The notes: a model not told the origin generated them from the sequence alone. DNA of 64,000 nucleotides from an uncultured Pelagibacteraceae bacterium (GCA_902574725.1 CACGPA010000001.1:2946-66945), one strand, 5' to 3'. Shown: positions 21,236 to 31,056, numbered from the stretch's first letter. A program made the numbers and translations.

Positions 21236-22579
21236 ATGTCATTTCCTACAAAAGCTAAATATGTTGTAATTGGTGCTGGTATTCATGGTTTAAGTACCGC
21301 TTGGCACTTAGCAGAAAAAATTAAAAAAAATGGAAATGGTTCAAATAACGACATTGTAGTTATAGACAAAGGTGGAGTAGCATCAGGAGCAAGTGGTATT
21401 GCATGTGGAGTTGTAAGAAATAATTATTTTCAACCAGCAATGAGAGAGCTGATGGCTCATAGTGTAAAAATTTGGGAAAGTGATCCAAAAAAATTTAGTT
21501 ATCATCCTGTAGGTTATATGCAGATAAGTCCTGAAAGCATGAGAAAAGATGTAACGACTATTTATGAACAACAAAAAGCTATCGGTTATGAATCAGAATT
21601 TATTGAAGGAAAAAATGATTCAGCAAAATATATGAAAAATATGTTTCATGATTGGCAAGCAAAAGGAATTACTTCGGTCTTGCATGAAAAAAGAGGTGGT
21701 TATGCAAACAATTCTGCTGCAATTTATGGTATCGCGGACAAAGCTGAAGCTTTAGGAGTAAAAATTATTACAGGCACAGAAGTTACTGGATTTAAAAGAG
21801 GTAGTAACAGTAAAGCTGTAACTGGTGTTGTAACATCAAAAGGAACAATTGAATGCGAGCAAGTAGTTATAGGAGCTGGTCCATGGGTAAAAACATTTTG
21901 GGATAAATTAGAATTACCAAACAAGATTTCAATTAAAGATCAAAAAGGTGTTACTCACAAAGATTATCCAATGTGGATATACTGGTTTTTAACTGAAGGA
22001 GTTTTAGGAGTTGATCCAAATTTCCAAAAAACGGACGATGGAAAAATGCCTCCGGTAATCCATGTTGATAGTGATGCGCATTTATTTTCTGATGTTGATG
22101 GATCATTAATTACAGACAAAATGTGGGGTATATATTACAAGCCTGATTTTAATTTTAAAGGCGTTCAAGGAGGTGCTGCACCTTATAAAATAACTAAACC
22201 AGCTGAAAATGTAAAAGTTGATCCATATGGTATTGACTCGCCTGAATATCAAACAACCGATGAGTTTGCACATATGTGGTGCTCTGCTTTAGCTCACTGC
22301 CAAAAAAGATTTGAAGGAAAAATAAAAGTTTATCACAAAGGACCGTCAGGTGGTTTGGGTTGTTTTACCCCAGATTCATTTCCAGTGTTTGACCGTTTCT
22401 GTGAAAATGTTTATTTTATCGCAGACTCTAATCATGGATACAAAATGATTGGTGTTGGAGAATTAGTCGCTGACGAATTATTAGGTAAAGAAAGAGATTT
22501 ATTAAAACCTTTCAGATTCAACCGATACGAGAAAGGTGAATTACACCCCACTTCGAGCAGTCCATTTCCGTGGAGCTAA
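21236..22579 (+). CDS. FAD-dependent amine oxidoreductase (DAO / monomeric sarcosine oxidase-like)
   Basis: GAGIHGLSTAW FAD motif, GASGIACGVVR, TPDSFPV, DSNHGYKM; start abuts the tdm stop (TAAATG). Confidence 0.85.
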   Translation: MSFPTKAKYVVIGAGIHGLSTAWHLAEKIKKNGNGSNNDIVVIDKGGVASGASGIACGVVRNNYFQPAMRELMAHSVKIWESDPKKFSYHPVGYMQISPESMRKDVTTIYEQQKAIGYESEFIEGKNDSAKYMKNMFHDWQAKGITSVLHEKRGGYANNSAAIYGIADKAEALGVKIITGTEVTGFKRGSNSKAVTGVVTSKGTIECEQVVIGAGPWVKTFWDKLELPNKISIKDQKGVTHKDYPMWIYWFLTEGVLGVDPNFQKTDDGKMPPVIHVDSDAHLFSDVDGSLITDKMWGIYYKPDFNFKGVQGGAAPYKITKPAENVKVDPYGIDSPEYQTTDEFAHMWCSALAHCQKRFEGKIKVYHKGPSGGLGCFTPDSFPVFDRFCENVYFIADSNHGYKMIGVGELVADELLGKERDLLKPFRFNRYEKGELHPTSSSPFPWS

Positions 22580-22589
22580 ACTTACGCTG

Positions 22590-22618
22590 TAGACACTAAT
22601 TAAATTATCAGCTAACTT
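22590..22618 (+). promoter_or_regulatory. Putative sigma70 promoter upstream of the GS-like gene
   Basis: TAGACA-17nt-TAACTT, followed by an AAGGGGA RBS. Confidence 0.4.
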
Positions 22619-22647
22619 TTATTTTATAAAAAAATTTAAGGGGAAAC

Positions 22648-24117
22648 ATGACTGATCTAGAAAAACACGTAAATAAACCAGGAAGATCGAAACTTGTAAA
22701 AAACGTAAGAGAAAAAATTAACGAATTAGGAATTACATACATTTATTACCAATTTATATCTGTAACGGGACGTGTTGTTGGTAAAGGAATTCCCGCAGAC
22801 CATTGGGAAAGAACTGCAGAAAAAGGTTTTCAATTAGTTTATGGATCTACTGCCAACCTATTTGTAGACAGACACAAAAATTATATCGGTTATGGTCCAG
22901 AAGCTATGGAACTTGTTGGTATACCTGATCCTGAAACTTTCTGTCAATTACCTTGGGACAAAAGAGTTGGAAGAGTTTTTGTTACATGTTTTAGAAACAG
23001 AGAAGAAAGACAAAATCCAGGAGGACATTTAACTTCTGATTGTCGAGGAAATCTCAGAATATTTATGGATGAATTTGAAAAAAAACATGGATTAGAATTA
23101 AGAGTTGGAACTGAACCTGAAATGATGTGGTTGACAAAAAATCCTGACGGAACTCCTACTGGAGCAGGTTTTTCTAAACCATACTGTTATCACATTGATC
23201 AATTTGAATCATTGAGACCTGTGTTTATGAAAGTAATTGAGTACGCTTCAGCAATGGGTCTAGATATGATCCAAGGTGACCATGAAGATGCTCCGGGACA
23301 ATTAGAATTAAACTGGACATACGATAATGTTTTAAGAAATGCTGATAGACTTTCTACTTACAGACAAATTTGTGCACAAGTTGCTAGGGAACATAATTTA
23401 ATTGCTTGCTTTATGACAAAACCATTTATGGGTGTGTCTGCAAGCGGTTGTCATACAAACATGTCTTTATGGAAAGGTGGAAAAGTTGTAACAAACAAAT
23501 TAGGTAATAAAAAATTACCTGGAGTAGAGGAAGTTTTTGGTTATGTGCAGGGTGGAACGAATACTTTTATGCCTGATACTAAAGATATGCAGCTACCAGG
23601 TAAAATTGGTTTACAGTCCATTGCTGGAATAATGGAACACTTGCCTGCTTTAACTGCTTTGGGATCTTCAACAGTTAATTCTTACAGAAGACTTTGGGAT
23701 CAAGGTTTCTGGGCTCCGGTTTATGCTGATTGGGGATATCAAAACAGAACTTGTGGACTAAGAGTATCAGCTCCTGGAAGATTTGAGTACAGATCAGTTG
23801 ACTCAATGCACAATCCATATTTACTGGGTGCAGCTTTATTAAAAGCTTGTGACCATGGTATTTCAAAAAAACTAGTACCATCTAAACCTGAATCTAGAAG
23901 TATGTATGAAGCTAAAAAAGCAGGTAAAGAAGTTAAAAAACTTCCATTAAGTTTAGGTGAAGCTTTAGACAGATTAGCTGAAGATGAAGTAATTAAATCA
24001 GCAATGCCTGATGAAATGTATAAAGTTTTCCATTGGTATAAGAATGACGAATGGGAAAAATTCCTAGGTGCTACAACTCAATGGGATCTGGATACTTATT
24101 TGGATTGTCTACCATAG
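22648..24117 (+). CDS. Glutamine synthetase-like protein (putative gamma-glutamyl-amine ligase), distinct from gmaS
   Basis: GTEPEM, DHEDAPGQLE, KPFMGVSASGCHTNMSLW, NSYRRL, NRT..LR, RFEYR; carries an insertion after the SLW motif. Confidence 0.85.
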   Translation: MTDLEKHVNKPGRSKLVKNVREKINELGITYIYYQFISVTGRVVGKGIPADHWERTAEKGFQLVYGSTANLFVDRHKNYIGYGPEAMELVGIPDPETFCQLPWDKRVGRVFVTCFRNREERQNPGGHLTSDCRGNLRIFMDEFEKKHGLELRVGTEPEMMWLTKNPDGTPTGAGFSKPYCYHIDQFESLRPVFMKVIEYASAMGLDMIQGDHEDAPGQLELNWTYDNVLRNADRLSTYRQICAQVAREHNLIACFMTKPFMGVSASGCHTNMSLWKGGKVVTNKLGNKKLPGVEEVFGYVQGGTNTFMPDTKDMQLPGKIGLQSIAGIMEHLPALTALGSSTVNSYRRLWDQGFWAPVYADWGYQNRTCGLRVSAPGRFEYRSVDSMHNPYLLGAALLKACDHGISKKLVPSKPESRSMYEAKKAGKEVKKLPLSLGEALDRLAEDEVIKSAMPDEMYKVFHWYKNDEWEKFLGATTQWDLDTYLDCLP

Positions 24118-24141
24118 TAATTATTTAATAAAGGAAAAAGT

Positions 24142-25083
24142 ATGTGTGGAATAGCAGGACTTATACATAGAGGTAAATCTTCTGACGTAGGTGAAGAACT
24201 ACGAAATATGCTCCAAGCATTAAAACATAGAGGTCCTGACTCAACTGGATATGCTCTTTATGCCAATAATGATGGTCAAAACTTTATATTGAGATTTAAA
24301 GTAGGCGAAAATGTTGGAGAAGGTAGTACGTCAGTAAATGAAGATGAAAGTGTTTATGACGAAAGAAAAAAAATTGTAGATAAAAAACTTGCAGATTTAG
24401 GAGCTCCTATTATTAAGGAAGAAAAATTAACTCCCTATTCCTATAGATATGAGATTCAATATGGCAAAGATTTAATGTGGTTTTCAAAAGCAATTGAAAG
24501 TATTGAAAATGTTGAGATACTTTCTATTGGAAAATCTCTCGAGCTTATAAAAGATCTTGGTGATGCTACTGCTGTATCGGAAAGATATGGTTTAAACAAA
24601 ATACAAGGAACTCATGGTATAGGCCACGCGAGAATGGCAACTGAGTCCGGTGTGGATATTAAGTCAGCCCATCCTTTTTGGGGTTATCCTTTTGCAGATG
24701 TTTCTGTGGTTCATAATGGCCAATTAACAAATTATTGGAACAATAGAAGAGCTCTTGAAAATAAAGGAATGCGTTTTATGTCTGAATGCGATTCAGAATT
24801 AATTGCAGTTTTCCTTGCTGAAAAAATGAGAAATGGAGCAACCTTAGAAGAAGGAATGAGAGAGTCTCTTACAGGACTTGATGGTGTTTTCACTTATTTT
24901 GTTGCAACAAAAGATTCTTTAGGAATGGCAAAAGATACAATGGCTGCAAAACCACTGGTATTATACGAGTCAGATGATTTAGTTGCTATGGGATCAGAAG
25001 AAATCGCTATTAGATCTATACTTCCTCAAGAGATAGATACTTACGATCCTTTTGATGGAGAGGTTAAAGTATGGCAAACTTAA
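24142..25083 (+). CDS. mgsA: N-methylglutamate synthase subunit A (class II glutamine amidotransferase, GlxB-like)
   Basis: N-terminal MCGIAG, HRGPDSTG, GHARMATES, AHPF, VHNGQLTN. Confidence 0.85.
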   Translation: MCGIAGLIHRGKSSDVGEELRNMLQALKHRGPDSTGYALYANNDGQNFILRFKVGENVGEGSTSVNEDESVYDERKKIVDKKLADLGAPIIKEEKLTPYSYRYEIQYGKDLMWFSKAIESIENVEILSIGKSLELIKDLGDATAVSERYGLNKIQGTHGIGHARMATESGVDIKSAHPFWGYPFADVSVVHNGQLTNYWNNRRALENKGMRFMSECDSELIAVFLAEKMRNGATLEEGMRESLTGLDGVFTYFVATKDSLGMAKDTMAAKPLVLYESDDLVAMGSEEIAIRSILPQEIDTYDPFDGEVKVWQT

Positions 25084-25925
25084 AAACAGCTGAGAAAAAA
25101 ACAAAAGCCCAGTCAATGGGAATGCACACTGAAGTTTTAACAGGAAAAACACAGCAAAAATTCTTTAATCCAGATGAAGCTGAAAATTTCTTCTACTGGG
25201 GAACTCATGATGTAGACTTTAATAAAAGAACTGAACTTGATGTTAAAGACATGGATTGTAAAGAAGCTAATAACAGAATTGATGAATTAATGGGTGAAGG
25301 TTACGGAACAATTGTAATTAAAAACCCTCAAGGAAAACATAGTTTAGGAGTTGGAATACTAAATAAACTTAATTTAATTTTTGAAGGAAGTTTAGGTTAT
25401 TTTGGTGTTGGTTCTATAGATGGACCAATGGTTAGAGTTAATGGACGTGTTGGTTGGTCTTGTGCAGAAAATATGATGGCAGGTAAAGTTGTGATAGAAA
25501 AAAATGCAGGATCTTGTTTTGGTGCAGCTATTAGAGGTGGTGATTTAATTTGCAAAGGAAGTGTTGGTGCAAGAACTGGTATAGACCAAAAAGGTGGTTC
25601 AATAATTGTTGGTGGTGATGCTGGTGCATTTACAGGATTTATGATGCAAAGAGGAAGAATTGTTATTTTAGGAGATGTTGGAATAAATTTAGGCGACTCT
25701 ATGTATGATGGAACAATTTATGTTGGAGGAAAAATTGGTTCATATGGTAGTGATGCTGTAGAAGCTCCTATGACAAAAAACGATATAGATTGGTTAGACA
25801 GAAAACTTAAAGTAGCTGAAATTGGTGAAAATTTTGATGTATCAAAAATGACTAAAGTTGTTGCTGGTAAAAAACTTTGGAATTACGATGCTCTAGAACC
25901 AACTGAGAAAAAAGGAGCTATATAA
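25071..25925 (+). CDS. mgsB: N-methylglutamate synthase subunit B (GltB domain 3 / GlxC-like)
   Basis: GXGXG beta-helix repeats (AENMMAG, GARTGIDQKGG, GAFTGFMMQRG, LGDSMYDG). Confidence 0.85.
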   Translation: MANLKTAEKKTKAQSMGMHTEVLTGKTQQKFFNPDEAENFFYWGTHDVDFNKRTELDVKDMDCKEANNRIDELMGEGYGTIVIKNPQGKHSLGVGILNKLNLIFEGSLGYFGVGSIDGPMVRVNGRVGWSCAENMMAGKVVIEKNAGSCFGAAIRGGDLICKGSVGARTGIDQKGGSIIVGGDAGAFTGFMMQRGRIVILGDVGINLGDSMYDGTIYVGGKIGSYGSDAVEAPMTKNDIDWLDRKLKVAEIGENFDVSKMTKVVAGKKLWNYDALEPTEKKGAI

Positions 25926-25926
25926 A

Positions 25927-27303
25927 ATGGCAAAAAAGAAAAATGGAAATGCAAATGGAAAAAGTGAATTTGCAAAAAGAAATAAAAGTTTACTAGGTTA
26001 TAATTCTATTTTTACACCTGAGGTAATTGACGATATTCATATTAAAGCTCAGTTAGGAAGATACAGAATGCGTGGAATGGCATTGATGAAAAAAATTCCA
26101 ACATTTGATGATTTAGTTTTCTTACCTGGAACATTAACAAGATTTGTAATTGAAGGTTATAGAGAGAAGTGTGAAACAAAAACTGTAATAGGTCCAGAAT
26201 GTGAGAATCCAATAGAACTAGATATTCCAGTTTACATAACAGGTATGAGTTTTGGTGCTCTTTCTTATGAAGCAAAAACTGCTTTAGCAAGAGGTGCAAC
26301 AATGGCTGGAAGTGCTACTTGCTCTGGTGAAGGTGGAATGATTCCTGATGAAAGAAGATATTCTGAAAAATGGTATTATCAATGTATTCAATCTAGATAT
26401 GGTTTTAACCCACATCATGCTCAACTTGCTGACGCAATAGAAGTTTTTATTGGTCAAGGACAAAAAGTTGGAATGGGTGGTCACTTGATGGGACAAAAAG
26501 TTACTGATCAAGTAGCCGAAATGAGATCTCTGCCTGCAGGAATTGATCAAAGATCACCTGCGAGACACCCTGACTGGCTAGGACCTGATGATTTATCTTT
26601 GAAAGTTAAAGAACTTAGAGAATTAACTAAAAACAAAATACCTATTCAATTAAAACTTGGAGCAGCTAAAGTTTATGATGATGTTCGTATGGCCGCGAAG
26701 TGTGAACCAGACTCTATCTTTTTAGATGGAATGGAAGGTTCAACTGGTGCAGGACCCCACATAGCTGCTGCGAATACTGGTATTCCAGGTATTGCTGGTA
26801 TAAGAGAAGCTAGAAGAGCATTGGACGATGTTGGTAAAACAGGAAAAGTAACATTAATTTATGCTGGTGGTGTTAGGGATGGCGCTGATATGGCGAAAGC
26901 TTTGGCGCTAGGTGCTGATGCAATAGCAATTGGAACAGGAGCATTAATGGCTTTGAATTGTAATAAAGAAATTCCAGAATCTAATTTCGAAAAAGAAATG
27001 GGAGTGCCTGCGGGTCATTGTTATCACTGTCATACTGGTCGTTGCCCAGTTGGTGTTGCAACTCAAGATCCAAAATTAAGAAAAAGATTAAATCCGGACG
27101 ATGCTGCATTAAGAGTTTATAATTATTTACACTCAATGACTTTAGAAGCACAATTGTTAGCTAGAGCTTGCGGTAAAACAAATATTCATTCGTTAGAGCC
27201 AGAAGATTTAGCAGCATTAACTATGGAAGCTTCTGCGTTAGCAAAAGTTCCTTTATCAGGTACAAATCATACTGTAGGAGTTGACGACTTTCACAAAATT
27301 TAA
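25927..27303 (+). CDS. mgsC: N-methylglutamate synthase subunit C (FMN-binding glutamate synthase, GlxD-like)
   Basis: TGMSFGALS, SGEGGM, GQGQKVGMGGHL, CYHCHTGRCPVGVATQDP. Confidence 0.88.
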   Translation: MAKKKNGNANGKSEFAKRNKSLLGYNSIFTPEVIDDIHIKAQLGRYRMRGMALMKKIPTFDDLVFLPGTLTRFVIEGYREKCETKTVIGPECENPIELDIPVYITGMSFGALSYEAKTALARGATMAGSATCSGEGGMIPDERRYSEKWYYQCIQSRYGFNPHHAQLADAIEVFIGQGQKVGMGGHLMGQKVTDQVAEMRSLPAGIDQRSPARHPDWLGPDDLSLKVKELRELTKNKIPIQLKLGAAKVYDDVRMAAKCEPDSIFLDGMEGSTGAGPHIAAANTGIPGIAGIREARRALDDVGKTGKVTLIYAGGVRDGADMAKALALGADAIAIGTGALMALNCNKEIPESNFEKEMGVPAGHCYHCHTGRCPVGVATQDPKLRKRLNPDDAALRVYNYLHSMTLEAQLLARACGKTNIHSLEPEDLAALTMEASALAKVPLSGTNHTVGVDDFHKI

Positions 27304-27311
27304 GTTTAAAT

Positions 27312-27728
27312 ATGGCTAAAAAGAAAAATAAAAATAAAAAAATAAAAAAAATTAAAGAAGTAAAAGGTCAGTTAGTAAAAAAGAAGGAATCGGCTAGAGA
27401 AAAAATGATTGGTCAAACTATCGGATACCGATATGATGTAAACTTGCTGCCTGATTATAAAAGACTTACGCCATTTCTAAAAAAATATATTGAACACATG
27501 GGTTGGGATGATCTTAATTGGTTAGAAGATGTTCATATGGGATATGAAGAAAATAGACCTGCTGTTTTTGATAGAAATGCTAATGGATGGGTTACAATTC
27601 CAAAAAAAATTAAACTTCCAGATAATCAACAAGACAGAGATATGATTGCAAGAGAACTTTTGGTAAAATTTCAAATGTCTCCCAATCATCCGTTAGTTGA
27701 TCTTAAAAAAGCTTACAGAAAATTTTAA
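27312..27728 (+). CDS. Hypothetical protein in the mgs operon
   Basis: 138-aa ORF 8 nt after mgsC; Lys-rich N-terminus, then a globular region (WDDLNWLEDVHMGYEE). Confidence 0.7.
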   Translation: MAKKKNKNKKIKKIKEVKGQLVKKKESAREKMIGQTIGYRYDVNLLPDYKRLTPFLKKYIEHMGWDDLNWLEDVHMGYEENRPAVFDRNANGWVTIPKKIKLPDNQQDRDMIARELLVKFQMSPNHPLVDLKKAYRKF

Positions 27729-27855
27729 TAAAAAAAATCTACCATAGGTTGATGAGTTATAAAAATTAGGCGTTCAGACTAGGTTTTTTACCATTGTACA
27801 TTGTTATTGATAAAATTAAAGTAACAACATTGTTATAACAAAAAAAGGGGGTTTA

Positions 27856-29256
27856 ATGACTGACGAACTAGGTGCATTAACAACCATATTTACAGAATTT
27901 TACTACTGGATAACAGTGGTACTGATGTTTTTAATTCACGTCGGATTCTGTATGTATGAAGTTGGAGCTTCTCGATATAAACATCATCAACACACATTAA
28001 TGAAAAACACAATGCTGATACCTTTGGTAACAGTTACGTGGTTTTTATTTGGTTGGTGGATATATTGGGCTTTTCCAACGGGACCAGGGCTTGCTCCATC
28101 AATAATGAATGGAAGTTCAGCTCTAATAACAGATGAATCTACTTTTAGTGCCAAGTGGTACGTGCCAAACAGTAGTTTAATGGCCGTTAACTTAGGTGAT
28201 CATATTAGTGGAGTATTCTGGGCAGCGTTTTTATTATTCTCATGGACAGCTGCTTCAATTGTTTCAGGTGCTGTAATTGAAAGAATTACAACTTTTGCAT
28301 TTGGAATATTAGCGATAGCTATTGGATCAGTTTTCTGGACAATAGATGCTGCATGGGGATGGCATTTCGACGGATGGATGCTTAAATTACTTGGATACCA
28401 TGATGCTTATGCATCAGGTGTAATTCACGCATGTGCTGGTGGATTTGCTTTAGGTATCTTAGCTGTTTTAGGACCAAGAATAGGAAAATTCACATCAAGT
28501 GGAGAACCAAGAAACATAGGGCCAAGAAATCCTTGGTTAGTAACAGTTGGACTGTTTCTAATTTATACAGGTTTCTGGGGATTCTATGCTGCTTGTAATA
28601 TTCCTATATTCAATCTTGGACCTGAATACGGAATGGAAGGTGTAACATACTTTACCGCAACAAACATATATGTAACTCCAACAACATTAAGTGGTATTAC
28701 TTTTAACTTCTTGATGTCGTTATCAGGAGGATTATTGGCTGGATATGTGATCTCAAAAGGAGATCCTTTCTGGACATACTCTTCAGGACTAGCGGGTGTA
28801 ATATGTGCTTCTGCAGGTAATGACTTGTATCACCCAATACAATCTTTGATCATAGGTATGATCGGTGTTGTTGTTGCATACAAATTGCATTACTGGGTTG
28901 AACGTAAGTTCAAAATCGATGATGCTGTTGGTGCAGTAGCTGTACACGGTTATGCTGGTTTCGCAGGTCTTGTGATTTGCGGATTTGTTCTAAATGGATA
29001 TCCTTCATCAGGATACAGTGTTGGAGCTATGTGGGACGGAGCTACATACGCATCAATCAATCCATTAGGAATGTTCATAGGAGCGTTAGTAATGTTCGTA
29101 GTACTTGGTTTTATACCAGGTTGGACCATAGCTAAAATACTTCATGGAATGGGTAAACTTAGAATTCCAAGAGAAGTTGAAATAGCAGGTTTAGACTACG
29201 AAATAATGGAGGCAGCAAGAGAAGATGAAAAATCTGTAGCCTCATCAACTAGGTAA
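27856..29256 (+). CDS. amt: Ammonium transporter (Amt) family protein, atypical
   Basis: About 11 TM segments; SGAVIER, HDAYASGVIH, IDDAVGAVAVHG (twin His retained), EIAGLD. Confidence 0.9.
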   Translation: MTDELGALTTIFTEFYYWITVVLMFLIHVGFCMYEVGASRYKHHQHTLMKNTMLIPLVTVTWFLFGWWIYWAFPTGPGLAPSIMNGSSALITDESTFSAKWYVPNSSLMAVNLGDHISGVFWAAFLLFSWTAASIVSGAVIERITTFAFGILAIAIGSVFWTIDAAWGWHFDGWMLKLLGYHDAYASGVIHACAGGFALGILAVLGPRIGKFTSSGEPRNIGPRNPWLVTVGLFLIYTGFWGFYAACNIPIFNLGPEYGMEGVTYFTATNIYVTPTTLSGITFNFLMSLSGGLLAGYVISKGDPFWTYSSGLAGVICASAGNDLYHPIQSLIIGMIGVVVAYKLHYWVERKFKIDDAVGAVAVHGYAGFAGLVICGFVLNGYPSSGYSVGAMWDGATYASINPLGMFIGALVMFVVLGFIPGWTIAKILHGMGKLRIPREVEIAGLDYEIMEAAREDEKSVASSTR

Positions 29257-29267
29257 AGGAGGACAAT

Positions 29268-29489
29268 ATGGCAACAGTAACTAATTGGATTGATCACTTA
29301 AGCGCTAAAGAAGTGCAAGGTGCTATATATCCAGGTGTTGGATCTGAGGGCATTTTAGTAATCCTTTTGTTCATCATTTGGATAGGTTGGCATGTTATTT
29401 CTGCAAAGCAAGAAAATGAAAGACATGAAAAGCTTGCAAGAAAAAGACATGGGCCAAACGATTGGAAAAGTAACGTTACCGATGGTTAA
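29268..29489 (+). CDS. Small single-TM hypothetical protein downstream of amt
   Basis: Strong AAAGGAGGA RBS; TM segment ILVILLFIIWIGWHVI; followed by a terminator. Confidence 0.75.
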   Translation: MATVTNWIDHLSAKEVQGAIYPGVGSEGILVILLFIIWIGWHVISAKQENERHEKLARKRHGPNDWKSNVTDG

Positions 29490-29502
29490 TTAATAAAGAA
29501 TT

Positions 29503-29538
29503 AAGGGCGCACAATATTTTTTGTGCGCCCTTTTTTTT
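29503..29538 (+). terminator. Rho-independent terminator of the amt operon
   Basis: AAGGGCGCACAA-loop-TTGTGCGCCCTT followed by a T-run. Confidence 0.9.
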
Positions 29539-29546
29539 ATTTCTCA

Positions 29547-29708
29547 ATGGAAGAAAATAAATCAGAAAATAATACAAATAAAACTCCTAGCAGAATGGCA
29601 AGGCTCGCTTGGCCAAAGGCAAAGTATGGCGCCATTATAGCTGTATTAATAATAATATTTGTAAATTTGATTTATTATAAAGATTTCTTTTTATCTTTTT
29701 TTAATTAA
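29547..29708 (+). CDS. Small hypothetical membrane protein
   Basis: ATG at 29547 (the ORF-track GTG start lies inside the terminator); one C-terminal TM helix. Confidence 0.5.
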   Translation: MEENKSENNTNKTPSRMARLAWPKAKYGAIIAVLIIIFVNLIYYKDFFLSFFN

Positions 29709-29727
29709 AATTATGCTAAGATAAATT

Positions 29728-31053
29728 ATGTCAAAAAACTTAGCTCAAATTGCAAAAACAAAAAAAATTAAATACTTTCTAATAAGTTTTGTAGATCTAT
29801 TTGGAATTTTAAGATCAAAATTAGTACCAGCTAGAGCTATAGCAGACATGCAAAAAAATGGAGCTGGTTTTGCTGGTTTTGCTACATGGTTAGATATGAC
29901 GCCAGCTGACACAGATATGTTTGCAATACCTGATCCTGATAGTTTAATTCAATTACCTTGGAATAAAGAAGTTGGTTGGTTAGCTTCAGATTTATGGATG
30001 GGAGGTAAACCAGTTAGTGCTTCACCTAGAGTAATGCTAAATAATCAAATTAAAAATCTTTCTAGAAAAGGTTTAGAAATGAAATCAGGTGTTGAGTGTG
30101 AATATTTTTTAATTTCACCCGATGGATCTGGAATTGCAGATACTAGAGATACTCAATCCAAACCTTGCTATGATCAATCTGCTTTAATGAGAAGATATGA
30201 TTTAATAAAAGAGATTTGTGACAGCATGATTGAATTGGGATGGGGTCCTTATCAAAATGACCATGAGGATGCCAATGGTCAATTTGAAATGAATTGGGAT
30301 TATTCAGATTGTTTAATAACAGCGGATAGACATGTTTTTTTTAAATTTATGGTTAAAACATTAGCGGAAAAACATGGTTTGAGAGCAACTTTTATGCCAA
30401 AGCCATTTGAAAATTTAACAGGTAATGGATGTCATGCACATGTTTCATTGTGGAGTGGTAAAACTAATAAGTTTTTAGAGAGTGGAAACAGATATGGTCT
30501 AAGTAAATTAGCATATAATTTTTTAGCAGGTATAATGCAAAATGCAGAATCTTTATCTGCTTTTTTTAATCCAACAATTAATAGTTACAGAAGAATAAAT
30601 GCACCTCCAACAAAATCTGGTGCTTCATGGTCGCCATCTAGTATTTCTTACTCAGGAAATAATAGAACACATATGATTAGAATACCAGATCCAGGAAGGT
30701 TTGAATTAAGATTAATGGATGGTTCAGCAAACCCATATATGTTGCAAGCAGGAATTATTGCTGCAGGTTTATACGGATTAAATATGAAACTCGATCCAGG
30801 CGAACCACTAAGTTGCAACATGTATACTGATTACAAAAATTATCCAGATCTAGCTAAACTTCCTGATGAACTTGAAGAATCTTTGGATAAACTAGATGAG
30901 AATAAAATTCTAAGAGAATCTTTTGGAGATGAAGTAATCAATAGTTATATAAAATTAAAAAAAGAAGAAATTAAAGATTTTTTTAGAACTGATTCTTTTG
31001 ACAAAAGAAGTTCAGTTACTCAATGGGAAAAAAATAACACTTTAGATTGCTAA
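29728..31053 (+). CDS. gmaS: Gamma-glutamylmethylamide synthetase (type III glutamate-ammonia ligase, GlnT family)
   Basis: KYFLISFVDLFG..RSKLVPA, GAGFAGFATWLD, QSKPCYDQSALMRRY, YQNDHEDANGQFEMNW, TGNGCHAH. Confidence 0.9.
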   Translation: MSKNLAQIAKTKKIKYFLISFVDLFGILRSKLVPARAIADMQKNGAGFAGFATWLDMTPADTDMFAIPDPDSLIQLPWNKEVGWLASDLWMGGKPVSASPRVMLNNQIKNLSRKGLEMKSGVECEYFLISPDGSGIADTRDTQSKPCYDQSALMRRYDLIKEICDSMIELGWGPYQNDHEDANGQFEMNWDYSDCLITADRHVFFKFMVKTLAEKHGLRATFMPKPFENLTGNGCHAHVSLWSGKTNKFLESGNRYGLSKLAYNFLAGIMQNAESLSAFFNPTINSYRRINAPPTKSGASWSPSSISYSGNNRTHMIRIPDPGRFELRLMDGSANPYMLQAGIIAAGLYGLNMKLDPGEPLSCNMYTDYKNYPDLAKLPDELEESLDKLDENKILRESFGDEVINSYIKLKKEEIKDFFRTDSFDKRSSVTQWEKNNTLDC

Positions 31054-31056
31054 AAT

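Noticed and set aside
27729-27855. Possible SAM-II/SAM-V-like riboswitch before amt (A-run plus AAGGGG end)
   Set aside because: No matching P1 stem or conserved loop core could be found; more likely an ordinary promoter/RBS region.
29523-29546. GTG start of the 61-aa ORF
   Set aside because: It lies inside the 3' arm and T-tract of the amt terminator; ATG 29547 is preferred.
22648-31053. Calling the two GS-like genes glnA and the 24142-27303 trio gltB
   Set aside because: The sequences are GlnT/GmaS-type and split GlxB/C/D-type proteins in a methylamine context, not housekeeping GS/GOGAT.
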